Positions 25,181-39,149 of a stretch of 64,000 nucleotides of DNA are shown here, piece by piece. This stretch comes from Octopus bimaculoides (lineage: Eukaryota). The stretch covers positions 18,327,257 through 18,391,256 of the forward strand of contig NC_069001.1 of the NCBI RefSeq assembly GCF_001194135.2, given 5' to 3'. Every line of letters starts with the position of its first letter. Position 1 is the first letter of the stretch. Below the pieces are notes generated by a model, which worked only from the letters and a program-made list of their open reading frames with translations, ran no database searches and had not been told where the DNA came from. Position numbers and translations under genes: made by a program.

Positions 25181-26447
25181 GAGCCAGTATATAGAGAAGA
25201 GAAAACAGAAGACATCCCTGACAGACTGAGCACATGGTATGAAAAAGTTCTGCTGAATGGTCATTCACTATGACTATTGAGGAAGTACCACTGTGCATTG
25301 CTGAAAATGGGTTCGAAATCAGTTGCTTTTAGGAATGCTGCTAGGAAGCAATGATTGCTCCTATGAAAAGCATTTGACTGATGTAAATTGATGATGGCTC
25401 CACAAAAGTTACGTTTGCTTCTCCCTCCTTTATTATGCATCACATAAGGGGTGGGGGTTCATGGATAGATCTATTGGAAATTGCAAATGTCCTCTAGTGG
25501 AGGTGGTGGGGGTAATAGTAGTAGTAGTAGTTGTTAATGAAGTTGATGATGACAATGATGATGATGATATTGATAATGATGATATTGATAATGATGATGA
25601 TCATTATCATCATGATGACAATATGAAGCCTTCTAGCATTCAAGAGGGAAAATGTTATGATGACTAAATTTTTGCTTGTTATTGTATGTTTATGTGTGCA
25701 TGTCTGTGTATATGTGTGTCAGCATGTGTGTGTATGTGTCTTCACATGCCTGTCTGTGCCTATGCATGTGTGTGCATGCTTCGTTTCCATTTTCTTTTCC
25801 CCACCAATATATAATAAAACATTAAAACAAACCTTGTGTTTTCTTGGATTACTACAGTTTTTCTTTTCTCATTGATATTCACTTTCAGTGACCTTCTGCA
25901 TTTTGTGTAAACCTTCAAATGCACACGCACACATGCACACACATGCAAAAGAACACCTGTATATATTTATGCATGCATGTACGTATATATGTATATGTGT
26001 GTGTGTGTGTATAGTGCATATATATATAACATATATACACACATCTACATACATAGAGTTCGTGTGTGTGTTTGTGTAACATAAACACACATATACATAT
26101 ACCTAAAAATAACAATATTGACACAGACACATAAATATTAATCTCTATATAGCCATCCTTATACGTATACATACTTGCATACTGCAAAATTATCACATAC
26201 ACACACACATCTATATGTATATGTGTGAGTTTGCATGTGTATGTGACCTTGAGATTTTTCTTCATTTTTATTTGTTTGTTCTTATTATTTTGTTGTCTCC
26301 CTGATTGTAATGTTTGACTTGAGAGTTGTGTAATCATTATACAACTGCAAACATACACAGTTTTCACACTTACACACACAAACACGTGTGTGTAAGTATG
26401 TATGTATGTATATATATATATATATATTCACACACACACTCACATAT

Positions 26448-27355
26448 ACATCATCATTGTTTAACGTCCGCTTTCCATGCTAGCATGGGTTGGACGATTT
26501 GATTGAGGACTGGTGAACTAGGTGGCTACACCAGGCTCCAATCTAATCTGGCAGTGTTTCTATAGCTGGATGTCCTTCCTAACACCAACCACTCCGAGAG
26601 TGTAGTGGGTGCTTTTTTTCGTGCTACCGGCACAGGGGCCAGAGGTGGCTGGCATCGACCATGATCGGATGTTGCTTTTTACGTGCCACCAGCCAGTCAA
26701 GGTGGTGCTGCCATTGACTATGTTCAGACTATTTTTATGTGCCACCGGCATGTGGATCACAACTACAATTTCCATTTGATTTTGATTTTGATGTTGATGT
26801 ACTTGACTCAATAGGTCTCCTCAAGCACAGCATGTCACCCTACGATCCAAGGTACTTTTGAGTGGGCTGGTTATGTGACACTAGTGTAGGTTACAGCTGT
26901 GAACTCACTTTATTTGCTGGGTCTTCTCAGTCACAGCATATCTCCAGAGGTCTTGGACTTTCGTCATTGCCTCTGTAAAGCCCAACATTCAAAGGTCATG
27001 CTTCACCACCTCATCCCATGTCTTCCTGGGTCTCTCTCTACCCTGGATTCCTTCAACTGTTTGGGAAGGCACTTCTTTACACAGCTCTCCTCATCCATCC
27101 ATAGTACATGACCATACCAGTGCAAACGTCTCTTGCACACCACATTTCTCACAGGGCGCTTACACTCTATCGTGTGTGCTCACTGACATTACACATCCAG
27201 CGGATCATGCTGGCTTCATTTTTTTCAAGCCTATGCATGTCCTCAGCAGTCATGGCCCATGTTTCACTGCCGTGAAGCATAGCAGTTTGCATGTGTGCAT
27301 GCATCGTACAATCTACCTTTCATTCTGAGTGAGAGGCCCTTTGTCACCAGTAGGG
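26448..27355 (-). mobile_element. 5'-truncated RTE LINE
   Basis: Same C-terminal coding remnant and 3' UTR as the 9288 and 20050 copies. Confidence 0.88.
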
Positions 27356-27474
27356 GTATAAATATGTATACACACACACACACACACACCACAGATACAT
27401 AGATAAATAGGCTTGATGATGCAAACATGAAAAAGTAGAACTCAAAGCATAAGTATATATATCAAAAGACACGT

Positions 27475-27660
27475 AAAAGGCACCCTTGCCAGTGACACAT
27501 GAAAGACACCGATTACACTCTGTGGAAGGGCATCCAGCTGTAGAAACTAAGCCAACACAGACAAATGGAGCCTGGTGCAGCTCTCTGGCTTACCAGCTCC
27601 AATCAAACCGTTTTACCCATGCCAGCATGAAAAACAGACACTAAATGATGATGATGATGA
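27475..27660 (+). mobile_element. RTE/SINE 3' tail, plus orientation
   Basis: GGGCATCCAGCTGTAGAAAC...CCCATGCCAGCATG...(GAT)n. Confidence 0.75.
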
Positions 27661-27766
27661 CAGAAATTAGTATTGCTAGGCACTGCACACATCTTACACA
27701 GAGCACTTTCAAAGCAGTAAAAATAGCAACAGCAAAATAAATGACACAGAGCTGCATTTAATAGTA

Positions 27767-28968
27767 TGAGGGGTGCTGAAAAGTTCCTGGCTTTACTATT
27801 TAGGAGAAAACATGCAAAAAATCATGATGGCATACAATATATCTTTCTCTTTTATGCAGATTTAACACATAATGGCAGCTCTTACAGTGGATTACGTTAA
27901 AACTGAAGCACAAACAGTCAGGAAGTTCTGCTTTTTGCAAGGCAAAGGAGTGGCAGAAATCCATGGTGAGGTGGAAGCCTTGAAGGATGGCTGCCTATAT
28001 TACTTCACTGTGAAAATGTGGGTGTCAGACAGGTCAATTTGGGGTTACAGATGAACCCTGGTCAGGACGGCCAACTTCTGTGACCATGGAGGACAAATCC
28101 GAAGCTGTGCACATCGTGATTATCAAGGACAGTGAGATTTCAGCTAAGGTCATAGCTGAAACTCTGGGGGTTTCCTGCAAAAGAGTTGGCCACATCATCC
28201 ACAACATTCTGGACATGAGAAAGCTTTTTGTAAAATGTGTGCTGAAATGCTTGAATCCAGATCAGAAGTGCATCAGAGTGACGATATCAAAGGTGATTTC
28301 GGACTAGTTTGCAGCAGGAGAGGCTGGAAATGTGGCTTGTTTAGTCACCATGGATGAAACGTAGATTCTTCATTATGATCCCCAGATCAAGCAGCAATCA
28401 ATGGAGTGGTACCACAGCAGTTCACAATGTCCCAAGAAGTTTCAGATCTAGATTCTGGTTTCAGTTTTCTGAGTACTCCTTGTAAAATACTTGCCAAAGG
28501 GTCACACCATCAATGTGGAATACTACATGTCTCTGTTGGATGAACTACATGAAGCTTTGAGGCAGAAATGTCATGGAAAGCTGAGCTGTGGTGTCCTGGT
28601 TTTGCAGGACAATACACTAGCACACACAGTTCATGAAACTCTACAGAAAATACGCAACCTTGGCTTTGGATTGGTAAACCACCTACCTTAATCTTCTGAC
28701 TTGGTCCCCTCCAACTATCACCTCTTTCCACAACTGAAGAAACAGCTTAAGGAAATGAAATTTCACTCCAATTCAGAAGTGATCACTACTACATAGGCCT
28801 GGTTGGAGGCCCAACATTCTGAGTTCTTTTTACAGGGCTTAGAAAAACTGAAGGGCCATTGCAATAAGTGTGTGAATCTGAGAGGGGAATATGTGGAATA
28901 AAAGCATAATTTACTGATACTCTTATATTTCCTTTTACCCAAAGCCAGGACTTTCCAGTACCCCATTG
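27767..28968 (+). mobile_element. Near full-length mariner (DD34D) element, inactivated
   Basis: Imperfect ~29-bp TIRs (TA)TGAGGGGTGCTGAAAAGTTCCTGGCTTT / AAAGCCAGGACTTTCCAGTACCCCATTG(TA). Broken ORF with LVTMDET, VLQDN and P*SSDLVPSNYHLF motifs. Confidence 0.92.
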
Positions 28969-31900
28969 TACAGTAAAAGCATGCAATAAAAATACAACTA
29001 CTGAATATTAATAACTTCCTACATGGCTCAAGGCCACAAATTTGGTGGCTGTGGGATGTAGTTAACTATAGTGACTGTAATAGTTGACCAGTTGATTTTA
29101 TTGAGCTGGGAGGATAAAGGGTAAATTTGACTTTGGTGGAAATCAGACTCAAAATTTGTTTTGAGTTTGACTATCATAAAATATTTGTCTAATAGTGTAA
29201 CAATTCGGTCAATCCATAGTGACTGATAAAAATATAACAGTAACAACATGATAACTATAATAATAATGGTTTCAAATTTTTGCACAAGGCCAGTAACTGN
29301 NNNNNNNNNNNNNNNNNNNNNNNNNNNNNNNNNNNNNNNNNNNNNNNNNNNNNNNNNNNNNNNGGGGGGGGGGGGGTAGTCGATCGCATCCCCCACCCCC
29401 GGTGCTCAACTAGTACTTATTTTATTGACCCCAGAAAAAGATGGACAAAATATTGCTAAACATTTTGCCACTATGATAATGATTCTGCCAGCTTGCAGCC
29501 TTAGTAACAACTGTAATAATAATGGTTTTAAATTTCGGTACAAGACTGGCAATTTTGAATGGAGGGGGTTAAGTCAATTACATCAACTTATTGACCATGA
29601 AAGGATGAAAGGCAAAACTGTCAGAATTTAAACTCTGAACATAAAACCAGAAGAAATATCACAAAGAATTTTGTCTGACACACAAATGATTTTGTCAGTT
29701 TGCTGCTTTACAACAACAATAATAAAAGCCAACATGATGATGATCAAAAGAAAAGCTATGGGAATTGAGAGGATAGTAAAGCTGTTGATTTTGAAACTGA
29801 ATATGTTAATTGTGAGGATAATGATGATGATGATGATAGCTGGGAGTACAGTTACAATGATGATTATTATTATGATGATGATAATGTTCACAATTATTTG
29901 ATAAATCCAAGCTTTCCGTATTCACACACAAATATTCTCAATCAATCAACAAGAAATTCATATATTTAGGAAACCATTTTGTTCTGATTAAAATAAATAA
30001 CAATAAATAAATAAAATAAAAATGAACTACTAAATCACGATTTGGAATTAGTGGAGTATTTTAATTGAGGGAAGGGTAGAGAATCAGACAAAATGTCTAG
30101 TAGAATTTGTTCCAGATCTTTGCATTCTGAGTTCAAATCTTGCCAAGGTCAACTTTATCTTTCAGGGTTGGCAAAAATAAAATATTTGGAGTCAATTTAA
30201 TTGAATGCTAATTTGTGCCAACATGCAATGCTAGATTAGCAATGGTATAACTGCCTGAAGATGGCACTTCATCAACAGGTGGGAGGTGAAGAAAGACATT
30301 GGTAAGAGTGGACTGCCATTGTTGTGTCAATATTTTATCTGTATAACAGATATAACTGCAAATATAACATACATACACACAACATATGCACATATATGTA
30401 ACACACCTACTCTCTCACTCTAATAGCAGACTCCATTAAAAAGGACAACACACAAAAAAACCCCAAACAAACTAAAAACAAACAAAAACCTTCCCCCACC
30501 AGAAAAATTGCTGAAGTACTTTAGTTACAGAGTGAAGCAATAAAACTAATCAATACTTATCAGAGCAAAGAAATCAATAAAGTTTATTGACTGAACATTG
30601 CCAAAGATATTGTAATCTCACAAAGTAAGAAAATAAGAAATAAATAAAAAAATTAAAAAAAAAGAAATATGAGCCAATGCAAACCAATATGTATCAATGG
30701 TACTGATGGTATTGATGGTATTGATATGAAATATTTATTCAATTATCTCTCTTTATTTCTTCTGACAAAAATACTGACACATGCAGTATCTCTCCTTCCT
30801 CTTACCCTATTTGTGCATGTGTGAGTTTGTCTATGCATGTATATATATATATATATATATATATTGTATTTGGTGTCTTTTTGTCACACTTCTCTTTCTA
30901 TTTCTCACCCTCTAGCTATTCTACCCCCTCTCTCTACCTTTCTCGCCTCTCCATCTTTATATTTATCAGCCTTCTCACTTCATATCTGTATCGGCCACTT
31001 TTGTTTGTGTTGTCTATATATCTATCTGTCTTCTGAACGTCTGTTTATGTGGTCTCTCTGTCTCTGTCTGTCTGTTGCATTGAGTTCCCGGGGGGGGGGG
31101 GTCTTACAATAAACCAGAGCTGAGGCTGTCAAGATGTTAACCTTAGACCTAGACTATTTAACTACCCCCACCTCCTACAATGAAAGCAATCTAAAAAATC
31201 CCTGGACCCTGTATACAAAGACTCAAGTAGAGTCACCTTTTAAACAAATCAACCAGGAAGCTTTTGTATGGTTAGTTGGCCTGTTAGAAATAGCAGTCAA
31301 TTCTCCTTTATATTATACTGTCTTTAGCAATGGCAGGACATATTGTAAGCTGTGGTCATACATGCTTGTCTGAAATATGACTGGGCAGTCATGGCTGGAA
31401 CAATTTTGATCATTGGCTGACTCAAGTAAAACTGACCTGATCATCATCATAAAAAAAAAAGCAAACAGTTTGAGTAAACTGCTATTGCTGTTTAAAAGTA
31501 AGGCAGGGTTCTTTTCAAATCTACACATATCTGTTCTGAAGTTGAAAAATCTGCAGCTCTAGTACAGCACAACACCAGAAGAGACTAGATGAAAAGATTT
31601 AGCCAGTATTTCTTTACATTTTCTTAGGAACAAAGATACACCCTCACCACACAAAGTGTGATGTTTTTGAGAAAACTTTTGTGAAAGATTTATAATATTT
31701 AGGGTGAAACACTGGGTTTTAAACAACAATGTTTTACATTCAAACACACCATTCTGGATAGCATCAAGGGTTTTGCTAAAATTACTTCAGTAGGTTTTTT
31801 TGTTCTCTTCTTCCAGAACAAAAACAAAACAAAACAAAAAAAAAACAGGAAAGCAATTGATGCAATTTGGGGAGAGAAAGCAACAAGAATTGACAGGGTT

Positions 31901-32284
31901 TGAAGAGTTTTTTTTATCAACCATAGTCATTAATTGAGAGAGAGAAGGCAAATATAATGTATGCGCATGCACACTTACACGCACACACACACTTATTGGA
32001 CAAACATAAACAGTAGCTAAACCATATCCAAACTTGGTGAAATATTTTTTTATTTGTCAGTCATTGTTAGTTGCTGGGATGTGGTTCATGCTGAACACAA
32101 TATTAAGTGTTGCACCAAGTCAAGATTATGTGACCTTAATTAAGTCATGAAGAAGGAAGGAAGAGAAGGATGAAGGGGAATAGTTTGTGGTAAATATGAG
32201 TGGTGTTGGTGGTAGTGGTTGTAGTGGTAAGAGAACTAGTAGTGATGATGGTGGTGGCAATGGAAGAAGTAATTTTGGTGGTAA

Positions 32285-32435
32285 TATAGCATGAAGCATT
32301 TTGCTGTATTTCATCTGTCTTTACGTTCTGAGTTCAAATTCTTTCAGGGTCAATAAATTAAGTAGCGTACTGGGTTGATCTAATCGACTGGCCCCGCTCC
32401 TCCAAAATTTCGGGCCTTGTGGCTAGAGTAGAAAA
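32285..32435 (+). mobile_element. Nin/Deu-like SINE, partial
   Basis: TTACGTTCTGAGTTCAAATT...GGGTCAATAAATTAAGTA...AATCGACTGGCCCC. Further fragments at 29040-29320, 29520-29640 (minus) and 30100-30190. Confidence 0.7.
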
Positions 32436-33589
32436 GAATATAGCATTAAGCAAATGCTGATGGTTGTTGTGGTAATGATGATGTAGATGTAGTAGTAGTA
32501 AAACAGTAGTGGTAATATTTATGATAGTTTGGGTGCAAGTATATGATTATTGGAGTGATAAGACTGGTTTCTGAGATGGTGATGGTGGTGGTGGTGGCAG
32601 TAGTAATTGAAGTGGTGCTTATGTTGGTGGTTGTTGTTATTGAGTGGTGCAGCCACACTGACCATACTATGACTAACATTAGTATTACTGAAAATAGTCA
32701 TACAAACTGCATATTTCTATTCAAGATGCAGGATCCAAAATGTAAATAATGTAAACCTAATTCAATTTGGATGCAAATATATGGCACTAAAGTAAGCTGA
32801 ATTAATAATACCCTATAAATTGTAAGTATTCTAAAATAAGCCATAATTTTCTTAGGTGCACACACTGAAAAATAAGGAACCATATAATTTTATTTAAATT
32901 ACTTGTATATCAGTTTTATTCTTCTTCTTTGAGACATAAAAAGTTTGATGACCTCATTGTACAATGAACCACTTTACTTGAGTTGCATTAGTACACTTTT
33001 TTTCATCTGAAAGTAAACCAAGGCCACTTAGTCCTGACTTTGTGATTCATGAAAGCAAGTACTTATTCATTTGAGAGTGGAAAATGTGCATTCTGTTGAA
33101 GCTATGTACAACTTCTCATGTTGCTATTTACAACTTCTCACCATGAAAACGAATGTGCAACCGTGCTGTCAAAGCTGTGCACACCCTTCACTGTTACTTT
33201 TTCGCCATTTTTCCATTATCCTATGATACATCTGGTACCATATCATGATACAGTGTGCTGTGAGGTGTGCAGTGTTATTTCAGGACACCTGCTACCAAAT
33301 TTCAAACAGAGTATAACAAAAGTTTTCCATTATGATTTGTGATTAAATTAATAATTAAGGTTAATATTTATAATGAATTTACCATTTTTGATGATTGTGC
33401 AGCATGCACCAAGCATACCTGGAATATATGTCCCTAATAGCAAGAACGATAGTAGTGGTGTTGGTGGTAGTTATAGTAGTGTTGTTGGTGGCAAAGGCAG
33501 TGGGGTGAGGTAGCAATGATGGTCAGTGCAGGCAGGAAAAGACAACGCCATGCTTTGGGTTATTTTAGTTGATGGTTTAGACCACATTA

Positions 33590-33800
33590 TTCTGTGAGGT
33601 GTATAGAGCTGTATACATTCCTCCCTGGATAGAACGCCAGTCTGTTGCAAGATTGCTCATTTTTTCCAGCTGAATGGATTGGAGCAACGTGAAATGAAGT
33701 GTTTTGTTTAAGAACCCATTGCATTGCCAATTCCAGGAATCAAAACCACAACCTTATGATCATGAGTCCAACACCCGAATCACTAAGCCAAGTACCTCCA
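33590..33800 (-). mobile_element. CORE-like SINE, degraded
   Basis: Homologous to 19186-19432. Confidence 0.8.
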
Positions 33801-34834
33801 CTATTTAGTTTGATGCACTGTATCATTTTCTTTGAGAAAATGCCAAATATTTCAAACACCAAATAGAGAAGTCAAATCCTGTCATCGACATTTCAATGTT
33901 TCACAATGCTGGGTCTTTAATATTTTTTTGCCACTTGAGGTGACAGGAGATGTTGGAGCATGACATGAAACCCATTTCTGTCCCTTCTATAAATTAGGAG
34001 ATGAAATCAATTTATTTTCCAGTAGTTATTTAACCCAAGGTCAGCTATCATCAGGCAAAATTATGATCAACTGGAAATGCTCCAGCCATAACCATCCTGT
34101 TGTTTGGTATGTCTATCCTGTTGCCCTGCTAACATTCCACATGTTTTTTGGGATGGTCATAAATGGGAAGATAAAGTTGAGCAAATCCAAGCAACTCACT
34201 GAGTGCTGTGTCCTTCCTTTTAGATCGTAGTAGCATGTGAAAGAAGGGGAATTTACCTGCCATGTCTAGAATACTGTTGATTAGCCTTAGGTCAGCCCTG
34301 ATCGAACAGACCCACATATGTTGTTTTAATAAGAAATAAAGAGAGCTTTCTGAAAAATCAGTTTCCAGTTTTCTACAGTCAGAAAATAAAGACATAAACA
34401 CAATATATGTACATATACACATATATACGCNNNNNNNNNNNNNNNNNNNNNNNNNNNNNNNNNNNNNNNNNNNNNNNNNNNNNNNNNNNNNNNNNNNNNN
34501 NNNNNNNNNNNNNNNNNNNNNNNNNNNNNNNNNNNNNNNNNNNNNNNNNNNNNNNNNNNNNNNNNNNNNNNNNNNNNNNNNNNNNNNNNNNNNNNNNNNN
34601 NNNNNNNNNNNNNNNNNNNNNNNNNNNNNNNNNNNNNNNNNNNNNNNNNNNNNNNNNNNNNNNNNNNNNNNNNNNNNNNNNNNNNNNNNNNNNNNNNNNN
34701 NNNNNNNNNNNNNNNNNNNNNNNNNNNNNNNNNNNNNNNNNNNNNNNNNNNNNNNNNNNNNNNNNNNNNNNNNNNNNNNNNNNNNNNNNNNNNNNNNNNN
34801 NNNNNNNNNNNNNNNNNNNNNNNNNNNNNNNNNN

Positions 34835-35700
34835 TAACAGGTGACAACAAAATATCCAGACAGTTAGACGATACAAAAAAGGACAGGAAAAAAACAAGGA
34901 TGGGTCATTCTCGGAGTTTTCTATCTTCAGTTGAGTTCCAGATTTTCTCAGCAGTTTTGGCCAGTTACAGTCGAGACTGCTCCAATCTGGCCAGCCCCAA
35001 GAAAATCTAAGCTAAGAACACAAGATTCCTTGGAAGAAAGCAAGTGAATGTATACAAAAACAAGGACGAAAAAGAACGGAGAAATAGTACACAAATACAA
35101 ATACAAACAACAGGACATTAACAACAGGTGTCTTTCGACTAAGGACAAATGAAAGTAAGCTGGCGTGTGTGGAAGTGAAGCCTTACAGCAGGGACGTAAG
35201 AGATGAAAGTCATGGGAAGGAATATAGATGTTGCACAGATGGTAGTCGAACCAAGAAAGAACACCGGTCATGTGGAAGGAGAGGAGAGAGGTAGGGGCAG
35301 AGGGATAGAAGAATTAGGGAGGGACAAGAAAGAAAGAAAAAAGCAAAGGGACAGAGTGAGGTAAAAGAGGAGGGAAAGTGAGAATGAAGGGAAGGCCAAG
35401 AAATGTGAGAGAGGGGGAACGAGGAAAAGAAAAGTGGAAAGAATGAAGTAAGTGTGAAGGGGCTGAAAGAAAGAATAAGAGAGTTGTACAGAATTTAGAT
35501 ATATATATGTACTTACATCGCTAGCCACTACACATTCTTTATTTTCTCTCCTTGTTTCTTCTTGTGTTCCTTTCTGTGGAAGAGCGTTGGCTCAAAACGT
35601 TAAAGACTTTTTCACTTTCCGAGCATTAAACTAATACATCTGTTTGTTGTCTATGCCACCTGTCTTCGTCTTTTTTTTGGTGAATTTCTCCCTATAAATG
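34835..35700. mobile_element. Probable Penelope-like terminal/UTR remnant with hammerhead-like repeat
   Basis: Purine-rich UTR-like block (minus strand pyrimidine-rich) followed by the TTTCTGTGGAAGAGCGTTGGCTCAAAACGTTAAAG repeat shared with 6050-6213. Confidence 0.5.
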
Positions 35701-35881
35701 CATATGTACATGTGTGTACACATATATATGTATGTGTATATATATGTGTGTATGTACATATATTGTGGATATGAGTTTGAGTACATGTTTATGTAGGTGT
35801 GTATGTTTATATATATATATAAAATGAATTTAGACAGTGGTCTACAATGTGTTACCAAAAAGGAAAACTACAACTGTCACT

Positions 35882-36180
35882 AAGTATGACTAGGGTGTCA
35901 GAACACCTACATTGTTAGAAATAAGAGCTAAAAAGCTCTAATGCTTTGGTTAAAGCACATAATTGTATACGTCTGTATTGACAGGGACTGTTATCACCTG
36001 AAAGCACCAGTAATTCCATCCCCAACTCCTGAGAATTTTGGGAGATTACAGTTCCTGTCAGTACATACACACACACACACACACATATATACACACACAC
36101 AATTATGTGCTTTAACTACAATGGAGCTCTTTAGGTCTTATTTCTAGCGATGTAGGCGTTCTGACATCTTAGTCATACTT
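35882..36180. mobile_element. Palindromic (foldback) MITE-like element
   Basis: ~85-bp inverted arms AAGTATGACTAGGGTGTCAGAACACCTACA... / ...TGTAGGCGTTCTGACATCTTAGTCATACTT, plus an inner inverted pair GTATTGACAGGGACTGTTATC / GATTACAGTTCCTGTCAGTAC. Confidence 0.8.
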
Positions 36181-36339
36181 GGGGTGTGTGNNNNNNNNNN
36201 ATATATATATATATAATATATATATATCGTGCCGGTGGCACGTAAAAGTACCCACTACACTCTCAGAGTGGTTGGCGTTAGGAAGAGCATCCAGCTGTAG
36301 AAACTCTGCCAGATCAGATTGGAGTCTTGTGCAGCCATA

Positions 36340-37230
36340 TCAAGCAGTTGTCGTCAAGAATGAAACAAGTGAAATCAAGCTGACTGCCCTGAAGCTGTGT
36401 TATGGCAAGGTAGAGACTATTGCAGAAGGACTGAAAAGCATCTTGGACGAATTTCACTTGTGGGGTGCAATCTCAATGATTATTGCTGATACGACAGGTG
36501 TGAATACAGTATAAAAGAGTGGGGTAGTGGTTAGATTGCAGAGAATGTTCTTGAGTAAAGGCTATGACAAGCCACAATTTGTGAACTGCTAACACCATGT
36601 CTTGGACAGAATTCAAACATTGTTATGGATGAGGGGCTAGCAGGTATAAGCAATTCACCCAACATTGAATATTTTCTTGTCAAAGAAATCATGACAAGTT
36701 ATGAAGAACTAAAAGTCTCCTTCCAGAATGGAACTCGTCATTGAAGATCAACCTGGTTGGAGAGATGATATGAAGTTTCTATTCCACTTAACTCGTGCCT
36801 TCAGGTTCTTCCATGAAAAGGGAGACATACCTTTCAAGTTTCAGAAAACTCCAAACATCAATAATTCCAGATGGAATTTGCAAGCAATCTTAGCCCTCCT
36901 TGCATTTTCTTCATGCCACATGTGAGAGATTGCAAATGGTCTGCCGGTTCAGCTCATATGACTGGGTTGATCACTCGTTCAGTGACCAAGCCTTACTTGT
37001 GATAGCTTTGCATCACAAGTAAGACTCATACAAGACTCCTTTCAAATGCTTGACAAATCATTGGAAACAAGAGCCCTCAAAACTAAACATCAGCAGAAGC
37101 AATCAATGCTGTGAGTGAGCAAGATCTAGATGCTGTGAGTCATGCAAGATCTAGATGCCACATACAAGAACAAAGCCAACCTGCCACTGCATTTCATTCT
37201 CTCTGTTAGACCTGTTGCAACTTGACTTTT
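36340..37230 (+). mobile_element. DDE transposase remnant with CxxH-like motif (superfamily uncertain)
   Basis: MIIADTTGVNTV*KSGVVVRLQ...FVNC*HHVLDRI, then NINNSRWNLQAILAL; multiple stops. Confidence 0.6.
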
Positions 37231-37544
37231 AACTAATTTTACTTTGTATAACTTACCTTCTTTTTGTTGTTCTGGAATGCAGAAACAGTTCTTTTAACAG
37301 TTATGGATTAAACATTTTGGATCTTTTCCCCTTTTTTGTTTATTTTTCTATCCGGGTTCTAGTTTTTGGAAATTTACCCAAATGCAACAAGTATAAAAAT
37401 TTCAAAGTTAGTCATGGGAGAACTTTTTAGATCAAATGCAAATAAAACATTGATTTTCGTTGTCTTCTAGCAAAAACCTATCAATAAAAATTGTATCCCT
37501 AGTACACACAGTATGGTGAGATTCTGTGACCAGGTTTTGGGTAG

Positions 37545-37760
37545 GTGTTCTGCTTGCTACAGGCAGATTTTCTTGAGCATGGCAGAGCACCAACCCTCCC
37601 AATCCATTGTTATCTCCTTTGTAAGGCTCAACATCTTGAAGTCAGCTTTCACAACCTCATCCCATATTGCTTGGCAAAGGTCTCTAATAATATTTACTAA
37701 GACATTTGAAGATGATGCAATACTACTAATTAGTGCATCATCTTTATGAAACAATTAGTA
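37545..37760 (-). mobile_element. PIF/Harbinger transposase fragment
   Basis: SIASSSNVLVNIIRDLCQAIWDEVVKADFKMLSLTKE resembles the Harbinger HTH region (TIS.IV.EVC.AIW..L). Confidence 0.55.
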
Positions 37761-37924
37761 TTGCATCATCTTTGAAGAACACAATTGAAAGGACACAAGA
37801 AGAACTCCATCCTACAATGTTTTACATCAACAGGTTGGAACTTTCCATTTTGCAAGTAGATCTTGTGATTCATCTCTTTCATCATTTATTTTGTTCACGA
37901 AGCCAAATCTCCTGGAAATAATCG

Positions 37925-38040
37925 TAATATGGACAAATGCCAAAAGAACTCGGCTCTATAAAGACAAGTGGATAGAAATAGATTCTGCTGAATTCAGAAA
38001 GTTTATTGGATTGATTAGACTGGTTAACAAAATTTGAATC
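37925..38040 (+). mobile_element. piggyBac-like transposase fragment
   Basis: WTNAKRTRLYKDKWIEIDSAEFRKFIGLIRL resembles the PGBD N-terminal W...D..E...FIGL motif. Confidence 0.45.
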
Positions 38041-38439
38041 TTTTGCTGTCCCATGAACTAAAGAAGGTGAACTTTATAGTACTTTTAATGCAGATTTCGA
38101 ATCAGTTTTTAGAATTTTTCTATCGGGCATGGTTTTTATGTGACAGAGTAATTAAATTATCCAATAAATGTACTATATTAATACAGAAATAAGGCTGAAA
38201 ATTATAATTGGTCAACAGAATTAATGAAAAACTCTTTCCCACAAACAAAAGTAGGCTTAAATAGCATTTTATCTGCAGAATTCAAGTATCTTTACAAATT
38301 TTTTCTGTAAGTCATAGTGTTTCTGTGATAGCATATGTAAATTGTTAAACAATTGTATTTCATGAATTCAAAAATCAGGTTGATAATACAAGGAAACTTA
38401 CCTTTAAAACTGATTTTTGACTGTATTTAGTTTCTGGAA

Positions 38440-38870
38440 CATCCTTTTTTAGTGCCGAACAAAAATCAGCCAACATAGAAGAGCCCAACTTTACTTGTTA
38501 CCAAGTTTCCATGTTCAAAATGTTCGGCTGAAACCCCTCGCTGTGCTCATCACTGACAGCCTCAAAATTTGCAGAAAAAGTCCAAGGGAGAATTCAAGAA
38601 GTGGATTTTAGGCTTATATTGCATCCCAAGGTGTTGTATGATGTCAGTAGCTCTTTCATAATGTCAGAATAGTTCTCTGCTCTATGATTCCCCAAAGACT
38701 CTTCATCACACTCTTGGTCTCTCATCAGCTCCCTAATCTGTGACCAAACAAAAATACCCTCCTTGATTTTTGCATCACTTACTCTTGAAAATTTAGTTTT
38801 CAAATACATGAATCCCTTGCCAGTTCTATCCATACCTTTGATTGGCTAAAAATACACAGTATTTCCGATG
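38440..38870 (-). mobile_element. Chapaev3/CMC-like transposase C-terminal remnant
   Basis: YLKTKFSRVSDAKIKEGIF..QIRELM...LGNHRAENY...LGCNISLKIHFL...AVSDEHSEGF. Confidence 0.75.
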
Positions 38871-39149
38871 TTTAAACCTCTGTAACTTTTTCCTCAAATT
38901 TTTTCTCCATAAGATCATGGCTCCATAGCAATAAGAGTAGAAAACTACATCAATATAACCGATTTTCAGATTTTTTACTTCCTTTTAAAACATGCAGATT
39001 CTGTGAATCAGCTTAACCATACATTCATACATGCATATATAGATGCATATGCATGTACACATATGCATACATGTACACATACATGCTGGCCATCCACTTG
39101 TGACTGAGGAAAACTATTGCTGACCTTTGGGAACATTGTGCACTTTAGG

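Noticed and set aside
25261-25443. Possible minus-strand exon (SNHCFLAAFLKATDFEPIFSNAQ)
   Set aside because: Weak donor, no recognisable homology, and adjacent to LINE debris.
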